Source of the DNA: Hypanus sabinus
Taxonomy: Eukaryota
Direction: 5' to 3'
NCBI RefSeq assembly: GCF_030144855.1
Contig: NC_082715.1
Coordinates: forward strand, 145,142,001-145,182,821
Length of the DNA stretch: 40,821 nucleotides
Shown: positions 35,695 through 40,821 of the stretch, piece by piece
Position numbering within the stretch: the stretch's first letter is position 1
Layout: every line of letters starts with the position of its first letter
Translations under genes and position numbers: made by a program
The notes under the pieces: generated by a model
What the model was told of the DNA's origin: nothing
Databases searched by the model: none
What the model saw: only the letters and a program-made list of their open reading frames with translations

Positions 35695-36224
35695 CAGGAG
35701 GATATTACTGAACAAAAAGTTTTTATTTTCATGACGATCCATTTGATTCCTGGACCCAGTCTCCCTCAATGCCATGTGATTCCATATCTGCATCAAGAGA
35801 AATGGCAATTCAAAACATCAAATGATCTCCATATTCAAATGTCTGCAGTGTAGCACATAGTGAATGTCACATTATATTGGTTCGTCATTTACGCCAGTAG
35901 GTGGAACTGTTGCATCACTTGATACCCATATTTGCTTCAGAGAATGGAAGAACCGGGCACTGAACACATAATATAGCAGCGACTGTGCTCTGCATCAATT
36001 ACCCAAAATGGATTCATTCGAGTCATTACTCCAGAATGAATGTTATCTTTTTCAAACTGATATCATGCAAATATCATCGGGAAATATTACCGAGAGAACT
36101 CGGGCGATAATTGCTGCAGCTGACATTTGGCGCTCGAGTTTGTAGGATAATTTCCGTGTAATGGCGAACATTCGACAGGATACGCTAATGCAATCCTTCA
36201 CAGCTCTCTGCGTTTTAAACAAAA

Positions 36225-37848
36225 TTTACATAGAAACATAGAAACTTAGAAAACCTACAGCACAATACAGGCCCTTCGGCCCACAAAGTTGTGCCGCACA
36301 CGTCCCTACTTTACAAATTACTAGGCTTACCTATAGCGCTCTATTTTGCTAAGCTCCATGTACCTATCTAGAACATTCTTAAAAGACCCCATCGTATCCG
36401 CCTCCACCACCATTGCCGGCAGCCCATTCCACGTACTCACCACTCTCTGAGTAAAAAACGTACCCCTGACATCTCGTCTGTACCTACTCCCCAGCAACCT
36501 TAAACATGTGTCCTCTTCTGGCAACCATTTCAGCCCTGGGAAAAAGACTCTGGCTATCCACATGGTCAATGCCTCTCATCATCTTGTGCACCTCTATCAG
36601 ATCACCTCTCATCGTCCTTCGCTCCAAGGAGAAAAGGCCGACTTCACTCAACCTATTCTTATAAGGATGCTCCCCAATCCAGGCAACACCCTAGTAAATC
36701 TACTCTGCACCCTTTCAATGGCTTCCACATCCTTTCTGTAGTGAGGCGACCAGAACTGAGCACAGTACTCCAAATCGGGTCTGACCAGGGTCCAATATAT
36801 CTGCAACATACCCCTCGGCTCATAAATGCAATTCCACGATTGATGAAGGCCAATATACCATCCGCCTTCCTAACCACAGAGTCAACCTGCACAGTTACTT
36901 TGAGTATCCTATGGACTCGGACCCCAAAATCCCTCTGATGCTCCACACTGCCAAAAGTTATAACATTAATACGATATGCTGCCATCCTATTTGACCTACC
37001 AAAATAACCACCTCACACTTATCTGGGTTGAACTCCATCTGCCACTTCTCAGCTCCGTTTTGCATCTTATCAATGTCTCTCGGTAATCTCTGACAATCCT
37101 CCACACTATCCACAGCACCTCCAACATTTGTGTCATCTGCAAACTTACTAACCCATCCCTCCACTACTTCATCCAAATTATTTACAAAAATCACGAAGAG
37201 TAAGGGTCCCAGAACAGATCCTTGAGGCACTCCACTGGTGACCATCCTCCATGCAGAATATGACCCGTTTACAACCGTACTTTACCTTCTGTGGGCAAGC
37301 CAGTTCTAGATCCACAAAGTAGTGTCCCCATGGATCCCATGCTTCCTTACTTTCTCTATAAGCCTTGCAAAGGGTACCTTATCAAATGTCTTGCTGAAAT
37401 CCATATACACTACATCTACCGTTCTTCCTTCATCAATGCGTTTAGTCACATCCTCAAAAAGAATTCAATCAGACTCGTAAGGCACCACCTGGCCTTTAGA
37501 AATGCGTGCCGACGACTCCTAATCATATTATACATCAAAAATCCTGCCTCTAGGGCTTTTCTCCATCATCTTACCAAGCACTGATGTAAGACTCGCTGGT
37601 CTATAATTTCCTGGTCTGTCACTTCTCCTTTTCTTCAATAACGTAACAACATCCGCAAACCGCCTGTCCTCCTGAACTTCCCCCTTCCCGATTGATGATG
37701 CAAAATTCATCACCAGAGGCTAAGCAATTTTCTCCCTCGCCTCCTACAGTAGCCGGTGGTACATTTTGTCCGGTCCCGGCAACTTCTACAAGTTGATGCT
37801 TTCCAAAAGCTCCAGCACATCCTCTTTCTTAAAATCTATATGCTCAAG
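36225..37848 (-). mobile_element. CR1-like LINE, orthologous insertion to 11517-12644
   Basis: Same tail (acatagaaacatagaaacttag) and same left flank; VTSGVPQGSVLGPLLFVIFVNNLD...FADDT. Confidence 0.85.
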
Positions 37849-38444
37849 TGGAGAAACTTCCGCTGAAAATCGGAAACTTTTTAAATCGATTTTCCAATTA
37901 TCGTATTCCACTATGGCACTCCCTTCGTTCCCGCCACCCTCAGTGAAACGCTAAACAGTTGCATTGTCTGTCCACCATCACTGGCATTTCAGCTCATCTG
38001 TGCAGCCAACACATTAAATGCATTGTGGCAGTTAATCAACAAGGCGTACTACGTTGACGTTATAAGCGTATAACATGTAACACAGGAAAGCTTTTACCCG
38101 AACAGTTTAACACGATATTCTGTGGATTTTACTGATGATACTTTCCTTCTCAGCTTTCCTTATAACATTTCTGTATTCTCGCAATAATCAATTCGTTGTA
38201 AGCTAGTCTTTCTGTTCGCCTGTTGTCCATTAATCGCTTCGTATTTCTGGTAAGATGCAGCAATTCTCCCCGGACCTATTTCCGCCCATGGCAAACTCAA
38301 GCCCACAGTACTTCAGTCGCTTCTTCCCATTTTGATACACTGTTGGTTTATGCGTCCCCTATGCATTTGTATGTGGGGGGTGTAGTTTAAGGCTGTGTGG
38401 AATTGAGCAAATGTCAGTGACAGTGAACCTGTGAATCGGTCATA

Positions 38445-39113
38445 AGTTGGTAAATTTTCAAATTGCTTAAATGTTGTCACATGCAGAGAACAAACTGTTT
38501 TGCAGGTCATTCATGCAGATCAGTTCATCAGTGCATTGAGATAGCACAAGCGAGCAGAATAAAGTGTTACAGTTACAGGGAAAGTGCAGTACAGGTAGGC
38601 AGTAAGGTGTAAGGGCATATCGACGTAGATTGTCAGGCCAAGAGTCTGTCTGATCACAGTAGGGAAACATTCAGTGATCACATAACACCGAGACAGACGC
38701 TGTCCTTGAGCCTGGTGGTATGTGCCTTTAAGGGTTTTGAATCTTCTGCCTGATCGGATGGGGGAGGTGAGAGAATGTCCGTGATGGTTGACGTCTTTGC
38801 CTATATTGGCTGATTTGCCGAGGCAGCAAAAGTGTACACAGAATCCATGGAGAGGAGTTGCCTTCCGTGATGTGCTGAGCTCTATGCGCAACTCTCTTTA
38901 GTTTATTTTAATTACCAGCAGAGCAGACACCATGCCCAGCCGTGATGCATCCAGACGGAATTCATCGATAAAGATTGCTGAAGTCAAAGTTAGAGCGCTA
39001 GTGAGCGCTCTTTGCCGTGACATCTACGTGGTTGGGCCAGGATAGGTTGTTGGTGACGTCCCCTCCACTGAACTTGAATTTCTCAACCCTCCCGAACCCA
39101 GCATCGTTTACAT
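38445..39113 (-). mobile_element. Rex/Babar-like LINE fragment, third paralog
   Basis: ORF 38520-38891 includes HPGHS-like (HHGHSL) and GRRFKTLKG motifs. Confidence 0.72.
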
Positions 39114-39288
39114 AGTTGCCCCGCCAATTCCTGAAATCAAGACCCAATTCATTCGTGAGTAGAGATCTGCATCAATATATATTTCAGTGGCTTTGCAGTC
39201 TTCCACAGTTCTTAAGGAGCAGCTTCGAAAGCCCTGAACAGGACTTGTGTCCGATAGCCTTTGACTTCTGATTCTTATCAGCTTCACC
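39114..39288 (+). promoter_or_regulatory. Putative IgL cluster 3 promoter
   Basis: CCCCGCC at 39119 and ATCTGCAT at 39165-39172, 124 nt before the ATG as in cluster 1. Confidence 0.5.
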
Positions 39289-39774
39289 ATGGCTGAATGG
39301 GTCCTGGTTCTTTCCGCGTTTGCGTCCTGTTTGCTCATTAGGTACAATACTTCAACCTTTATACTGTCCTTTATGTTGTGTTGGTACTTAAGGGTTTAAA
39401 ATAATTATTTGTTACTTTCCCCAGCTGCAAACCCGGAGATGACTTTGACTCAGTCTTCGTCCGTATCAGCGACTCCGGGTAGAACCGTGAAAATCAGTTG
39501 TACCATGTCAGGGGGGTAGCATCGACAGCTACTACACGAGCTGGTTCATGCGAAACCCGGCGGCGCCCCAGTTTTTGTGTTGCATGGAAGCTCCACAACA
39601 GGATCGGGAATTCCAGATCGATTCATCGGTTCCGTAGAGTCATCGAGCAACCAAATACATTTATCCATCACCAACGTGCAATGGGAGGACGCCGTCGATT
39701 ATTATTGTGGTGCTGGGGATGTTAGCACGGACATATTCACCTTTGGGAGAGGAACCAAACTGAATTTCAACTGA
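39289..39774 (+). pseudogene. IGL: IgL cluster 3 leader and joined VJ pseudogene
   Basis: Leader 39289-39337 with the donor changed from GTAAGT to TTAGGT. VJ from 39425 has an extra G at 39511-39516 giving TAG at 39517-39519, then a 1-nt deletion near 39551 restoring the frame. The J end reads AAC TGA AAGT instead of AAC A|GTAAGT. Confidence 0.9.
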
Positions 39775-40407
39775 AAGTAAATATTTGTTGGGGTCTAATC
39801 ACCGTTTGATTTTGTTTGTTTTTTTATTCGTTTGAACCTTGGAATAATATTATCAATCCTGATGCTTCGACCCGGCTTACAGGACGCTTCTCATTGTAAC
39901 TTTATAATATGGCAGGTAGAAATCTAGCGCGTATGCATCCTGTTTGTTTGGTAGGGTTACTGAATTTAGCTGAAAACTATCTTCAAAACAACTTCAGTTC
40001 ATTGCCATAACATTTTTAAAATAGTTTCGTTAATTGATGCTTCGTGCCGTTAGCAAGTGTTTCTTAAAAGGTTCCCAGGGAACAGATGCATTAAAATATA
40101 TTCCCAACAGTTTGGACTTACACTAGACAACCGATGTGAGGTCGTGTTTAGTTAAAGGATCTGAATGCCAAACGTCTGGAATATATTTTGTTATTTTAAA
40201 AAAAATATAAATTGCTGCTAATTTTACTTTACTTTGTGTGTATTATGTTGTGCACCTTGGTCTCCTAAAACGTTGTTACGTTTGACCGTATCCATGTATT
40301 CAGTTGACTGACAATAAACTTTGTCCTGAACCGGAAGCTTAATACGGACAAGAGCCGAGCTCTGCATGTTACCGAATTGCAATAGGGAACTTCTATTTCC
40401 TTCAGGC

Positions 40408-40770
40408 GGTAAAACAGAGGCACAGAATTAGGGAATACGACCCCACGAGTCTGCTCCATCGTTTGATCGTCGCTGGTATATTTTCTCCCAAGCTCATTCT
40501 CCTGACTTCTCCCCATAACCTTTGATGCCGTTTGCTAATCAAGAGACTATAAAACTCCGTTTTAAGTAAACCCAAAGACTTGGTATCCACAGCCTCCTTT
40601 GGGACTAAATTCTACAGATTCACCACTTTACGGATAAATCAAATCCTCCCTATCTCTGTTCTAAAGGGCTGTCCGTATATTCAAAGGATTTTCTTTCGGG
40701 TCTGGCCTCTCGGAATATAGGAAGCATCCTCCCACTTGCACTCAGTCTAGCTCTTTCAGTATTCGATAAG
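40408..40770 (-). mobile_element. CR1-like LINE 3' part in J-C intron 3
   Basis: Paralog of 2453-2805. Confidence 0.65.
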
Positions 40771-40821
40771 GATCTAAGGGGGGGAGAGTTAATTTTTCAC
40801 TATTCTAATATTCTCTTCAGT

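Larger units (their letters stand above)
18050..38065 (+). repeat. Segmental duplication unit 2 (IgL cluster 2 plus spacer)
   Basis: Colinear with unit 1 at roughly 85-92% identity by eye, with reciprocal indels and extra insertions. Confidence 0.9.
38066..40821 (+). repeat. Segmental duplication unit 3 (partial)
   Basis: Colinear with 1-2800 and 18050-20870, up to about 40770. Confidence 0.9.

Noticed and set aside
1-40821. CRISPR arrays, tRNA/rRNA genes, or prokaryotic operons
   Set aside because: The sequence is vertebrate with spliced Ig genes; no regular repeat-spacer array or structured RNA gene was recognised. The remaining short ORFs in the track are TE remnants or chance.

Overview
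Repeat-rich genomic DNA from a cartilaginous fish, probably a ray (inferred from the repeat families). It holds a head-to-tail tandem array of immunoglobulin light-chain clusters of the elasmobranch type II (NS3, lambda-like) class, with units starting at about 1, 18050 and 38066. In each unit V and J are already fused in-frame in the genome, with no RSS or V-J intergenic DNA. Clusters 1 (L 1321-1369, VJ 1458-1808, C 5431-5753) and 2 (L 19395-19443, VJ 19532-19882, C 23106-23428) are intact. Cluster 3 (39289-39774, C exon outside the window) is a pseudogene: both splice donors are destroyed, compensating frameshifts enclose a TAG, and a TGA sits at the J end. Spacers contain decayed CR1-like and Rex/Babar-like LINEs, Tc1 fragments, one L1 with an intact ORF1 but an endonuclease-less ORF2, and a short Penelope-like insert carrying a mutated hammerhead ribozyme motif. 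Germline-joined IgL clusters are known biology, so I see no wholly new system. The notable details are replacement-biased divergence of one ancestral VJ junction, an 848-bp 99.3% identical tract shared between otherwise about 90% identical units, several locally templated insertions and microhomology deletions, and candidate regulatory elements. All alignments and counts were done by eye, and TE boundaries are approximate.
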